A stretch of DNA of 64,000 nt from Aplysia californica (Eukaryota): positions 201,028-265,027 of the forward strand of contig NW_004797434.1 of NCBI RefSeq assembly GCF_000002075.1, written 5' to 3'. The position numbers were made by a program, and so were the translations under genes. This document shows positions 23,481-36,222 of the stretch, one piece after another (the first letter of the stretch is position 1; every line of letters starts with the position of its first letter). Below the pieces are notes generated by a model. It made no database searches, was not told the DNA's origin, and saw nothing but the letters and a program-made list of their open reading frames with translations.

Positions 23481-24468
23481 GAGAGTCTTGTTTTGGGGCT
23501 GCAGAAGCGGAAATATGAAGTAATTTACGGGGCAAACTGACCATTATAATTATGTTTTCCTGGCAGTATAATGCGAAAGCTCGATACTATGCCAACTCTT
23601 CTCTGGATAAGTTCATTGGTAGCCTTAAATAGCTTTGTACAAAGGAGAGTGGGCCGGTTTCTCCACTGAGTTGTTTTGTTATTGTTTTCACTGCTGTGCT
23701 TTGCTCGTTGTGTTCGTTGCCCCTCTCGGTCAAAGTCCAGTGCAGTAATAGTGATAGCAGCCTGCGTACCGGTCACATCATATCTACTAGATCTAGATCT
23801 AGATATTGCTTAGTTTGTTCTCGTAGTTGCCTGACTTTGGTCTGAGTTACTTGTTCTGTAACTGTAAATGCACATTTCGGATTGTCTGAGTGACCGAGAA
23901 AAAACATTTTAGAATTTTAGAGTGGGGATCGGTCGTTGGCAATCGTATCAAAAGATCCTGACACTGAGTTTGACGTGTCTCGGAAAGATGTTTCCCAGGA
24001 TTTACTTACAGACATCGCCAAAACTGCCATCATGTGTTGGAGCTGCAAATGTGAGTGGTGTCATTCATGTCATGCAAAGATCTATGCAGGCTAATCTACA
24101 AGATAGCATTTTTATGGAGATTAGCCTGCAAAACTGTCTGCATGAACATAGATCTACATCGACGGATCCAGACACAGGCCAGCTGGCCCAAAATGTATTC
24201 ATTGCAGCAGATCAAAGACATTTATGCTGCTTATTTCGAATTATCAATATATACAAATCAGAAACATGAATTTGCATTTTCATAGCTTAGGATTTAGTCT
24301 GATTATTATGTTGTGGCCTGCCTTTTCAAGCTTTACATTATATGTTATAAAAGCCTATTAGAAGGCTTTGGGTTTATTAGCCTATAAAGTAGCCTAAATA
24401 AATAAAACAAATGATGTTTAGATCTAATCTAGATCTGTAAAATGATATAGATCTCTCTCTCTCTCTGA

Positions 24469-24510
<42 letters not shown>

Positions 24511-26599
24511 NNNNNNNNNNNNNNNNNNNNNNNNNNNNNNNNNNNNNNNNNNNNNNNNNNNNNNNNNNNNNNNNNNNNNNNNNNNNNNNNNNNNNNNNNN
24601 NNNNNNNNNNATTATATATATAGACATCTATATATGTATATAGACTATATATAGGAAGTGGTTATTCTCACCACGGCCCATGTCTCGCTAGCTATTGTCA
24701 CCCCTTCGTTTTACCGGAAATGACCCTAGAGGGACCAGGGCTGAGATTAGCGGGCAGAGGGGGTCAGGGTTGACGCTCCACAGCATCACGTTCGTCACTG
24801 TTCGTGTCCGAATAGTCACAGTCAGAGTTGTCGGTTTGGAGCCAAATATATATACCTATTATTGAGTAATCTAATTTAGATCTATATTCAAGTGTTATGC
24901 TTCTTTTACTTTTACTTTTCAAAGTTAAAGTGTCCCAGTCCTAAGGCTACAGCAAATATATCTTCAATCGAATAAGCAGAATGCATCCTTAATGAGTTCA
25001 CATTGTCTTGCAAGTTATATATATTGCACTGCTTATTCTGTTACAAAGTAAGGAATTTAATTTAAAGATATTTTTGAAAGTGGTCATTGATTGGTATTCT
25101 TAAATTGTTGGAAATAGCATGCATGCAGGAGACTCACTATTCCCAAATCATTTTATAGATTGGCTCTTATATATTGTTTTTTAAACTTGTTTTCCCATTG
25201 TATTGCAATAGTGTCGCCTTACAGCAATTCCCTTTTGAAGCAACCCTTGGTTACTGCTATGGAAGAAGCTACTGCTAACTGCATTTTATTTTCAGAGGGG
25301 GATGATTTCCCACCCACCCATTCCATTCAGACACCACACACTCAACCAAGACTGTGCGAACCTTTTTAAAATAATAATTTGCTAGAACCAAGAATCATCT
25401 TTAAAATAAAATAGAAGTGGTAAACGTCACATCGCACCACACAAAAGCTACTCAATTTTTAGACATTTGTTTTTATTGTGCCTTGGTATTATAAACATTG
25501 TGCCTTGGTATTATAAACATGTGTACCAGTAATTTAATGATGTAAAGGTACTGTTACATTTTCATGATCAGGACTTGGCTGTTTTGATTGGTGCTTCTTT
25601 TTTCCGAAACCTACTGATACCGTCCGAAACCTACCGAAACTGTGATATACTATGAAAGATCAAGGCTAGAGAGAGAAAGGCTTATAAGAGAGAGAGCAGA
25701 GATGGAGAACGAGAGTGTTTGTAAGAGAGAGACAGTGAGAGAGATAGAGAGTGAAGGAGAGAGGTTTTATAAGAGAGAGGGAGATATTATATAGAGTTTG
25801 TGAGAGAGAGACAGTGAGAGAGAGTTAAGAGGGACATTAACTCTGAATAGTTGAGAAAAAAGTAAAAATAAAGGAAGGAAGGAAGGAAGAAAAGAACAAC
25901 CTCCNNNNNNNNNNNNNNNNNNNNNNNNNNNNNNNNNNNNNNNNNNNNNNNNNNNNNNNNNNNNNNNNNNNNNNNNNNNNNNNNNNNNNNNNNNNNNNNN
26001 NNNNNNNNNNNNNNNNNNNNNNNNNNNNNNNNNNNNNNNNNNNNNNNNNNNNNNNNNNNNNNNNNNNNNNNNNNNNNNNNNNNNNNNNNNNNNNNNNNNN
26101 NNNNNNNNNNNNNNNNNNNNNNNNNNNNNNNNNNNNNNNNNNNNNNNNNNNNNNNNNNNNNNNNNNNNNNNNNNNNNNNNNNNNNNNNNNNNNNNNNNNN
26201 NNNNNNNNNNNNNNNNNNNNNNNNNNNNNNNNNNNNNNNNNNNNNNNNNNNNNNNNNNNNNNNNNNNNNNNNNNNNNNNNNNNNNNNNNNNNNNNNNNNN
26301 NNNNNNNNNNNNNNNNNNNNNNNNNNNNNNNNNNNNNNNNNNNNNNNNNNNNNNNNNNNNNNNNNNNNNNNNNNNNNNNNNNNNNNNNNNNNNNNNNNNN
26401 NNNNNNNNNNNNNNNNNNNNNNNNNNNNNNNNNNNNNNNNNNNNNNNNNNNNNNNNNNNNNNNNNNNNNNNNNNNNNNNNNNNNNNNNNNNNNNNNNNNN
26501 NNNNNNNNNNNNNNNNNNNNNNNNNNNNNNNNNNNNNNNNNNNNNNNNNNNNNNNNNNNNNNNNNNNNNNNNNNNNNNNNNNNNNNNNATTTGTTACAA

Positions 26600-28000
26600 A
26601 AATAGATAATTTGCTTAATTAATTTCTAGGTTTCTTGGGTGGGCTTGTTGTTTTGTCACGATTTTGCGTTTCCTTTGGCTAGCTTTTTTCCTTTGTGCTT
26701 TGGTTGGTATGCTGTTTTTATTTGGTTGGTTGGTCTTTGGATGCCTCTTTCTTTTCTGGTTTGCATGAACTTGTTGAAGATCCTCTTCTCTTTGTGATGT
26801 GAATGCGCCAACCAGACGACTTTTGAGAGAGCAAATTTTATGACTGGTAGTGAGTGTCCAAGGCATACACACTCTCCAAACCGCAAAGGGCTCACTTCGC
26901 TTCCCAAAATTGTGCCTGAATCACGCCATGAAGTGTGTTGACAAGCTGTACCAACTTTTGGGATTTCCATGAAACAGCGTGTTTCAAAACACGGTTGAGG
27001 GACTTAGCATTGTTATTTGTCCATAACGAGTCTTGAAGACAAAGTCCTGGTCGCCCAAGAGCGCAGACATTTGCCACCACCATCAATGGTGTGATGCGTT
27101 CAACAAGCTTTGCCACCTAGATATTACATTCTCACACCCAAATTGGAGATGGTCTTGAAATTATTTAACAGGGTCTTTCGCATTGCATTGACCATCATCC
27201 CATATGGTTCTAAAAGATCATTTATAATGTGTTGGTGCTGCTTGGATGGTGGTAGTCCAACCTTGTCTGCTAATGTGGCAAATAAATTGTTCCTGAGATG
27301 CCTCGTGCAAGAAACAAGGTTTGCTTCTGGGAAGGCACGTGCAATTGCAGCTTTTGCTCGCATTAAAGCAGCTTCCTCGTCGCTTCCGAATGTGGGTTCA
27401 GTAGAGGAAACTAAGCAAGTAGCAAGGTGAGGAAAAAAAATGAAAAAAGAGTCTGTATCAGTCACCATGCAAGAACATAGGGCCAAAAAATATCGGGTAT
27501 AGGCTTTGATCTTCTGCTGAGTAGCGAAAGATTTTTGTAGACTGCTGTTGTTACAAGTTACATGCACGTCACCCAGATTATAGGTCTTGTCAACTCTCAG
27601 GATTGTTGAAGTGCAAGTGGTTGGTGGGCAGCTAAACCTCTTCAGATCCTTAATTAGTTCACAAGTGTACAGTTTAATATAGGGGACCTTCCCAAGCTGC
27701 CTGATATAAATATAGTCTGTCTTATAAAAGGTAGGGAATGCTGAAGTTCTTCCATTGCTGAAACTTGGTCTGCAAAATTTGCATTCGGATCATCAACCCC
27801 TTTACCCGACCTCGCTTTCGCATTGTAGACCTGTTTCTTGTTTCTGGGTCCGTCCATCTCATCTCCAGTTGCATACACTTGTGTTGACTGTTTGGTTTTG
27901 TGGTCGTCTTTTAGTTTCTGCATTACTTTTGGTTTAATCCTCACATAAATATGGTCCAGGATTACCAGTTGTTCGCCCATTGAGCTGCAAGTTTACACAA
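26600..28000 (-). mobile_element. Mutator-like (MULE) transposase pseudogene
   Basis: Colinear frameshifted pieces: GPRNKKQVYN, FGSDEEAAL..A...FPEANLVSCTRHLRNN (DDE core with CxxH), WTNNNAKSLNRVLK, KKASQRKRK. Confidence 0.85.
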
Positions 28001-29226
28001 CTTGATGTAGCCAATGTACGCCGCCTGAAAGCCAAAAAGCAATGTGTTAATTGTACAAAGGCACACACTCAGAACCTTGGGAACAGGTACTTTAAAGTTC
28101 ATTATCACCCTGTCAATCAATCTTGGCAAGGATAACACAGCAATCAAAATTACAGAAGTGTGTGGGTGTGTGGGGTGGGGGGGTAATTAAGTACTAAAGG
28201 AGAGAATTTTTACCGTGTTTCAGGCAATTAAACATTTGTGAAATCGACTATGAAATCATTATCTTTGAATTTTTCATTCAAATCTGTTGGAATAAATCTT
28301 ATAATGTCCAACATTAACTTTCATTAAGCCTGTTTAGTTTGATTAACCTTGATCATGTAGTTTCTGTCACATATGTACATCTGAGCTGATGAAAGTTCAT
28401 GAAACATCCTGTATATACCCCCCCCCCCAACCCACCAATATAAATCTCATATTTGACCCAAAAAAATTGGCTGAGCCCATATAATTAATTTGTCATATAA
28501 TATATGGTATCCATATGGGCAGCCCATATGGGGCCCATGTTGCCTGCCGTCTGGGACCCACTATATGGGACCCATTTTCTCATGTTTACTGTGTGTATAT
28601 CTGCATGGTAAGTTTCAAATCGCCATGTACAAAGGTGTGAACACCACCCTCAACACAAACACAGACACACACAGAATCTTTCCTTTTAATATAGATTACA
28701 TAAACTTCAATGTGTACCCCATGCATGCGAAGCATCCCTGCCTGGTAACAAAGGGATCCCCAACACAGCTGGGACACAGATATCCCTCTTCAGTGCTTTC
28801 CGACCAGGGCGCTCAGGCATAAATTGGCTCACATAAACCAACACACCTTCTGTGGTACCACTTCTCACAGGACTGTAAAGTAACATAACGTAACAAACTT
28901 TTAATTTTTTATTTTCTAATAAGCGGATGAATGCTAAAAGGGGAAAAATGGACATGCGACATGAGGATTTCTCACGTTTTGTCGCTAAACAAATGAATTG
29001 GCTCACTGGTATTAATTGAAAATACTGTATAGAGAGAGAGACAGAGAGAAAGAGAGACAGACAGAGAGAGAGAGAGACAGACAGAGAGAGAGAGAGAGAG
29101 AGAGAGTCTGGGGATTGTTTAAAGACTTTTTCCTCGGTAGGAGATAGGGAGGGAGAGGGACGGGTTGAGGAGGGGGAAGGGGATTTTTGGCGGAGAAAAG
29201 ATAACCAAGAGAGGGGGGTCCACAGA

Positions 29227-29620
29227 TTTTTAGTTTTAGTAAGGTTTTACGGTGCTCGCAACTGCATAAGGTCTTATGAGTGCCAAGGGGTGGATATCAA
29301 TGGAGAAGTCCACATGGGTAATCAGGCTTACTCCGCTCATCTCTCTAGCCTCAACAGCAAAAAGTTTGTTTCGACTATCAAGGCACCCCGAAAATAGCAG
29401 TTCACAAGAGACAGATATACAAAAGAAGTAGAGGCTAAATGACGATAGTAAGGATGAGGAAAGAAAAATCAGCAGTTCCCCCTATGTTGTTCCGGCACAG
29501 TAGGAGCATGACATTGATAAATCAGCCCATTGACAATTTTACTGTGCGTAAAAACATGTTAATATCCCCCCTTTGGGAATGACCTAAAGACTCTTCAGTC
29601 AGTGGCACTGCCCTGGGGGG
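29227..29620 (-). mobile_element. Family C short retroelement
   Basis: Reverse complement aligns along its length with 6035-6446. Confidence 0.85.
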
Positions 29621-30117
29621 GGGGGGGGTGCCACAAATGAGAGAAAAAAACACGTGATGGGGGAGGGGGGTCGAGGAAGAGAGGTTTTTCTTGAGAGCAT
29701 AAACTCGATACATACCTCACATTGGGTGGGTGGCACAGATTAAAGAAAAAAAATATACATCATAATGAGAGAAGAGGTTTTTCTTGAGAGCATTAACCCA
29801 TTAACTGCAACAACGCTTAATGGCAACAGAGGATGAAAAAGTAAAAGTAAAGTAAGTATTAACTCAATACATACATCGTATTGGATACAGCGAGTGTCCT
29901 CGGTTTCAACGATGCAGATCCCAGCCACAGGGATAGGCGACAGTCTTTTTTCATCCTTTTCCCAGGTTCGGCGTTAGGGACTGCAAAACTACTAAACAGA
30001 CATGTTCTGTTGGGGTATCGTTTTTATACAAGTTCAAATTGAGTGAATTCACTCAAGTTAAAATGTCTGTACTTATTCACTCACGATAACTGCTCACAGA
30101 TTCCAGCAAGCTTGAGT

Positions 30118-30146
30118 ATGTATTCAAGATTGTATTCTTTCTGTCG
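30118..30146 (+). CDS. CPT2: Putative CPT2 first coding exon (MYSRLYSFCR), presequence-like
   Basis: ATG followed by an Arg/Ser-rich peptide with no acidic residues and a CG|GTAGGT donor; joining to downstream exons is ambiguous. Confidence 0.45.
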
Positions 30147-30490
30147 GTAGGTTTCGGACGGTTTCTGAAAAAAGGGGCACCCGTTTTGATGGCTTTTTTT
30201 TTCTTGTAAAACAAATTGAAGGTTGTGAGCTAAAGAAAGAAGGGGAAAAGAAGAAAATGTGAAATGCGTGTGATGTCTGCTGGGGATACATTTCCCAAAA
30301 TGTAAGGGATTACACCTCTGTTTCAAATCCAATGTATATAAAATATAATATATGCTTTCAATTTTTATCACTATTACTTGTAGAAGAAGGCAAGGACCCG
30401 AATGATATTTGGTTTTTTGAGGCTAAAGGTGGTTAAATAATTGCCACAATTCTTTTTTTGATGATTTCCACCAAATATTTTTTGTTACAG

Positions 30491-30531
30491 ACACATGGAA
30501 GGCTTCTTCATTCTTCAAAAGTACTATGTGG
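30491..30531 (+). CDS. CPT2: Putative CPT2 second exon (41 nt)
   Basis: Strong TTTGTTACAG acceptor and GG|GTAAGT donor; reads THGRLLHSSKVLCG or HMEGFFILQKYYV depending on frame. Confidence 0.55.
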
Positions 30532-30872
30532 GTAAGTTGTGCTTAGAATTGAATGTCTTATATACTTGAGTTAGGGAGGGGAACAAAAGTTTTTATATGT
30601 TCAGAATACATATGTGAACATTTCAAGGGAAGTTTGAAAATAAGAATGTTCTTAGATTTGATGATAGAACATAATGATTCCAGTAATGTGGGTACCATAA
30701 TATAGTTTAATTTCTTTTGTGAATCTGTAATTGTAAGTGATATATAATCTAAATTATATGTTAGGGTACGACATTTCTAACTCCTGTTTTTTTTGTTTTT
30801 TGTTTTTTTTTTTTTAACGCATTCTTTATCAACATTTTTTAAAGTTCTATTTTTATTCCTTGTATTTCAAAG

Positions 30873-31069
30873 CTCCCAAGAGAAAGAGTATCTTCATGCA
30901 TCCCGGGTACCCACGTATCACTTTCAAAACAGTCTGCCTCGGCTTGCAATTCCTCCACTGGAGAAAACCTGTGAAAGATATCTGAAAGCTCAGCAACCAT
31001 TGGTCTCAGAAGCAGAGCTTCAGGAACTCCAAACAATTGCTTCTGAATTCCAGAACAATCAAGGACAAG
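30873..31069 (+). CDS. CPT2: CPT2 exon (SQEKEYLHASRVPTYHFQNSLPRLAIPPLEKTCERYLKAQQPL...GQ)
   Basis: Matches CPT2 [32 protein letters not shown].PL; alternative acceptor possible at 30845; GTATGC donor. Confidence 0.92.
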
Positions 31070-31526
31070 GTATGCTGCCTTCCATCAAATAACGCTGTTG
31101 AGAAAGTGTCCTTGGTGTCTTTCTCCTGACTTTCGGTCTATTTTCTCTTTTTTTTGGGGGGGGGGGGGGGATTGGGGGTTTTTCTTTTGTTTTTTTTGGA
31201 GGTTTTTTTTTTTTTGTTTGTTTGTGGTGGTGTGCTTTCATGGTGCTGCTGCTTCTATCCTATCTGCCTGTTGTTTCTATTAAGTGTATTTCTTGTCACT
31301 ACCTCTTAAAAGGAAATTATTGTTTTGGTGGATGTATCTGAAGCTTTCATATGAACGAATATAAACAGGTACAATTTGGGTATCACTATACAAATTGCGG
31401 GTCGTTTAAAAAAATAAAATGGAGCTGAAAGATGTACCTGTGACATTGGTAGCTGTTGGATCATGTCTAGAATTTAGAGTGTTATGTTTGTAACTATTAC
31501 TGTACCTCAGCGGGTAGACATTTGCC

Positions 31527-32058
31527 GGGGGCTCTCGTGGCCTAGAGGTTAAGGTGTTGGCCTCTCATTCAAAGGTCCCGGGTTCGAATCCGGGTAGCGA
31601 CCGAAAAATGTTCTTCTTTAAAATTGTCTCCTTTCACCTCCTTTCCTGCTCTCTAGCAATATTCTGTAGTCTGCTTTCGTCTCCTCTTTCTGCCCCCACC
31701 CCCCTCACCTCCCTTGCCCCCTCCTCTGGGCTCCTGACTCTTTCTGCAGCCTTTCTACTGCTACTCTTTGACTCCTTCTTACAGATGTCTTTCTACCACA
31801 CCCCTGATCTTCTGGTAAGAAAGATCTACACCTAGCCTTCTCGGACAAGGGCGAAAAATCTCGGAGGGCCCGTGTGCAAGTTGCGCACGTTAAAGATCCC
31901 TTGGTGGTCTAAAATCGATAAGAGTAGGCTTCGGCCGCCACCCGGGCAAAATTCAAAATTTCCTACCAACGAAAAAGTATTAGGTGTGTCCCGCGCGCTC
32001 ATATGACCTTATGCAGTTGCGAGCGCTGTAAAACACTATACTAAACAAACAAACAAAA
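31527..32058 (+). mobile_element. Full-length family A Nin/Deu SINE
   Basis: Highly similar to 3647-4181; flanked by ACATTTGCC and ACATTTTGCC. Confidence 0.9.
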
Positions 32059-32286
32059 ACATTTTGCCTGCAGAGCCCAGAGCTGACTTTCTTGTACTTG
32101 CTGTTTTCTGCTTGAATGTGTTCAGTTTTGAGGTTTCGCTTCAGCCTGTCGTTGGTGGTTTGGCTATTAAAGGATTCAGTTGTTTTTTTTCCACGTTATT
32201 CAGTTATATTTTGTTCGTCACTCTAGAACTGCTCTCTACCAGCTGTATATGTTCTGAAAACATTTATGCTCTCCTTTTTTTTTCAG

Positions 32287-32346
32287 AACTTCAGAAGGAA
32301 CTAGTTGAAACAGACAAGAAAAACAAGCACACAAATTATGTAACAG
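32287..32346 (+). CDS. CPT2: CPT2 exon (ELQKELVETDKKNKHTNYVT)
   Basis: Matches DKQNKHTSYIS; CAG/GTGAGA. Confidence 0.92.
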
Positions 32347-32519
32347 GTGAGAGGTTCACTCTTAGTTTTCCTTTGTTGATGTGAAGATAGGCTTCTGTTA
32401 TATTGATTAGCCCATAGTTTGGGTCTAGCTGGAAGCACAGTGGTATATGTATTTTTTCCAGAATGTCAAATATGTACAAGATGTTGCCGATGATAATGTT
32501 CATCATTCGCAGACGAAGA

Positions 32520-32670
32520 TGTGGGTGGTTGGAGAGTGCCACTGGTAGGTCCTACTTCTTTACTTTCCCTCTGTTGTTTCTGTTTGTCTGTCTTACTTTT
32601 TCTCAGCACTAAATGACCATTATTGTGTCGATGTGCTTCTCTTTACTCAAACTCATACAAAACAAACAAA
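32520..32670 (+). mobile_element. Family D short retroelement (~150 bp)
   Basis: Copies at 50132-50300 and 50850-50990; tail AGCACTAAATGACCATTATTGTGTCGATGTGCT followed by (CAAA)n. Confidence 0.75.
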
Positions 32671-32855
32671 CAGGCAAAGATTACCTTGACTTAACAAATT
32701 AAGAAGAATAGGGTGTGTTTGAGGAGATGACTGATCAGACCGATATTGGACCGAAAATGTCTGTTACAGTAGGGAAAGGGGATGTATGGGCTGCTCTGTT
32801 GCTCAAAGAATTATTCAAACAGTTTAATAATAACTGATAACTTGTGTGTCCCCAG

Positions 32856-32959
32856 GTCTGTGGTTTGATATGTACCTCAAAGATCGTAGACCTGTCGTGC
32901 TCACTCACAACCCTTTCATCTCTTTCAACGATGATCCAAGACCTGAGTACAATACACAG
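32856..32959 (+). CDS. CPT2: CPT2 exon (GLWFDMYLKDRRPVVLTHNPFISFNDDPRPEYNTQ)
   Basis: WFDMYL...NPF..F..DP..EYN.Q motif; CAG/GTAATG. Confidence 0.95.
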
Positions 32960-33121
32960 GTAATGTTCAAGTAGAATTTGTTTTTGTCATTATTTGAAGT
33001 TAAAAGGGGGAGGGGGGGGGGGGTATAGACCACCTGTCTTTAATTTTGTATGACTATTAATTTTTTTTTTCCTCTCTTTTACCTTCCAAATCTACCATCT
33101 AGAGCGACATAATTGCACAGT

Positions 33122-33726
33122 TGTGTGTGTGCCTAGAAAAAGGTACCAAAAGTTGCCTCAGACCATTTCGAGCTACAGGCTGATAATGACAAAAATCACT
33201 TTTTTTTACCAAAACGTGTTTCCATAAAAATGATAAATCCACCCTTTTTTTTTTACAATGTGCTGAAAGGATTTTCATTGATTTGACTTCTAAATATTTT
33301 ATTTTGAAGTAGGGTGTAATAAAAACAAATAATGAATACTGCTTTTAAAAGGTGTTAAAATCTATTCTTGAAGCACGTTTTCTCTTCACTACTATGTTTT
33401 AACTTTGAATTCCATTCATGATATTGATATCAACTGAATGCCAAATTGGAAATGAATTTTCCACGAATAAATACCTTTAAAACATCGTTTTTTTTAAAGT
33501 TTGTATTAGTTCTCATGTTTGTTTAACTTAAAAGCTTATTTTACCAAAATTATATTTTTATACCCTACCTCGCAAAATGTGCGATATAATATATCTCAAA
33601 AACTACTTGAGCTATCTAAAAAAATTCAGAGACCCCTGTGTTCAGCATTGAATTACCTATTCGGTACAAGCCAACTCAAAATGGTCAAAACCCGACTTTT
33701 GGTACCTTTCTTTAGGCACACACACA
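33122..33726. mobile_element. Non-autonomous DNA transposon with ~32-bp TIRs
   Basis: TGTGTGTGTGCCTAGAAAAAGGTACCAAAAGT ... ACTTTTGGTACCTTTCTTTAGGCACACACACA. Confidence 0.85.
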
Positions 33727-33964
33727 TTTCATGATTTTGAGGAAAAGGCAAAAAATCTCTTGATGCTACATAAGGACCATAACAGTAGTTTTTTAAATGT
33801 TAATTAATGTGATTGCAGGTATATGAGTGTTTGTGCGTGTCTATTTGTACTTGTATTCTTAGAACATGAATGCTTCCGTTCGTATGTTTATTTAATTAAA
33901 TGCCTTGAGTTCATATAGTTGCTTAAATGTCTGTTTTTATTTTCTGTCCTGAATGGTCCTACAG

Positions 33965-34098
33965 CTGATCAAAGCGTCCAACATGTTGATCTCGTCCACT
34001 CGCTTCATGAAAACCTTGAGAGATGAACTGCTGGAACCAGAAGTCTTTCACTTAAATCCTGCCAAATCTGACACGAGCACTTTCCGTACTGTTTCCAG
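33965..34098 (+). CDS. CPT2: CPT2 exon ([45 protein letters not shown])
   Basis: [16 protein letters not shown] is diagnostic for CPT2; CAG/GTATGA. Confidence 0.95.
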
Positions 34099-35263
34099 GT
34101 ATGAGCTCATACCATTATCATCTTAACTCTTTCACAATCGTGAGCCGTGTTTCGTGGCTCTTGTTACTCCCGACACTGGGCCGCTTCAAAACCAGTCCTC
34201 CTTTTGTAATAATTGAAACTGAAATCTCAGGCTGAAGAATGATCATTTTTAGCAACATGTTGAGATAAGTAATTATTTCCTCTTTCTTCTCATATAAAAC
34301 ACGTGTGGCTGATATTGAAAATTGAACTCAAAATCTTTAATTTTTCTGAGGGTAGGCAAAATCTGAAAGTAGGACACAGATAAGGCCCAGTCTAGGTGAG
34401 GAAAACCCCCTGGTAGTGAAAGAGATAAGTGAAGTGGACTCATGTCCAGTTTTGCCAAGTATGTATGTATTTTTAAAAATTTGACAACGATTTGACCATA
34501 CCTGATTCAATTTCTGCTGATCTAGTGTAATTTCTTCTTCTTTTTTTTTGTGATTCATTCTATTTTTGATTTCCTTTCTCTGCTACTAGTGGTGGGTGTC
34601 GCGATGTATAGGAGAAAAGTAGAAAAGTTTTGGGAAGTGTGTTCTCCTTGGAAATGATTAAATTGTCATCACAGATGTAGGACTTTTTAAAGTATATTAG
34701 TCATTATTTTTAAAGGTCAGTGTATTTCCCTCGCATATTTAGCATAATAAGGCAATAGTTTTGTCATAATGCTTGAGAGAACAAAGAATGAATTTCAAGT
34801 GAAATCTCAGGGGTCCCAAACTTGACCTCAAGAGCCCGTGTGTAGCCTTACCTCACTCAACGGGTGATTTTGAGGCAAGGTTCTACATTGCCTGTGTGGT
34901 GTTTTCTTCTAAGCTACTTTTATTACTATGTTATTTACGTTAAGTTTTTTCCCCTTATTGAATTTATTAAAGACTCAGCTACAACACAAGTAGTTGTGGA
35001 TGTTACTTTTTATTCTCAGTGGATGATATACTTCATAATGCATTACCAATGTTTTCAATTTGTGGGAGGGAACCTGGTTGTGTAGTGGCAAGGTGTTTGA
35101 TCAAACTATTAAAAAATTCAGTTTTGATTATCAAGATGATGTAGCTTTTTTTTGAGAACATCCGAGCAAAGGAATGAAAGGAGAATTATGATCGCCGATC
35201 TCTGTCACAGATCTGAACCTAAATTATGATGATTTATGATGACATTATTGTCTGTGTCCTCAG

Positions 35264-35368
35264 ATTGCTGCCATCCTCTTTGTCCTGGTATGGGGCGTAT
35301 CTGTTCAAAGCTTTTCCACTGGATATGAGTCAGTACAAAAGACTGTTCAACTCAACTCGTATTCCAAG
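35264..35368 (+). CDS. CPT2: CPT2 exon ([35 protein letters not shown])
   Basis: [26 protein letters not shown] motif; CAG/GTATGC. Confidence 0.95.
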
Positions 35369-35904
35369 GTATGCTCACATATAGAGAACATTTATGAGTG
35401 TATTTATGAATAGTTTCATGAGCCAGATGTCTACTTTTTTCGTGTTAAGTATGAAAGTTGATCCAACCTTTGACTCAAGTTTTGTTGCTGCACTGTAGAC
35501 ATTTCAAATCGTCTGATTTTTCTGACTGTTATTTTTCCTGCCTGTACATTTATAATATAAGCTATTCTTCTCATAGTATATTAATTTTTTAGAATTTATT
35601 AAAACTGATGCAATGCACACGCCGGAAGCTCCGTCAGTAAAATGCGTGTGATTACGGTGTGGGTCACCTTGGTGTGAATCCTCAAAATGGGTGGTTGACG
35701 GGTGTTTTGGTGTTGATTGCTCCTTCTTACCTATCAAACATCTATTGTCCTTATGTCTCCCCCTTATTTTTGTTTATATTACTCTCTTGTACCACGTCAA
35801 ATCTTCTGTGCTTATAATGCCTAATTGTGTTGCAAGTGCCGTAAAACTCTTATTAAAACTAAAATTAAAGAAATATTAATGTAGAGGAAACTTTTTTTTT
35901 GCAG

Positions 35905-36002
35905 GCCAGAGAAAGATGAACTGTACACAAATGAAAAGTCCAAGCACATTGCTGTTTTGAGGAATGGAAATGTCTATGTGTTTGACATGATGGATGGGGA
36001 TG
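35905..36002 (+). CDS. CPT2: CPT2 exon (PEKDELYTNEKSKHIAVLRNGNVYVFDMMDGD), ending at a GC donor
   Basis: Matches [29 protein letters not shown]; frame continuity requires the donor G|GCAAGT. Confidence 0.9.
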
Positions 36003-36092
36003 GCAAGTAGCTTTCTTTCCTTTCTGCTATTTGGTTTTAGCTTATTGTTCATGTAGTTCTTCCTTTAATGATATATATATATATATATATAT

Positions 36093-36222
36093 GGAGAATC
36101 ATGATCGTTATCACTGTCGCAGATCTGGAAGCTAATTATGATGATGATGATGATGACATTGTTGTTTGTATCCTCAGAATGCTACCCTCCTCCTTGTCCT
36201 GGTATGGGGCGTATCTGTTCAA
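36093..36222 (+). pseudogene. Partial duplicate of the CPT2 intron end and first 45 nt of the 35264 exon (pseudo-exon from 36178)
   Basis: Colinear with 35180-35308, including an identical TTGTCCTGGTATGGGGCGTATCTGTTCAA and an intact CCTCAG acceptor. Confidence 0.85.

Noticed and set aside
23922-24269. 115-aa ORF
   Set aside because: No ATG start, no recognisable domain and no clear exon chain
28385-28405. Hammerhead-like CTGATGA...GAAA (also near 46259)
   Set aside because: No stem II or flanking helices can be formed
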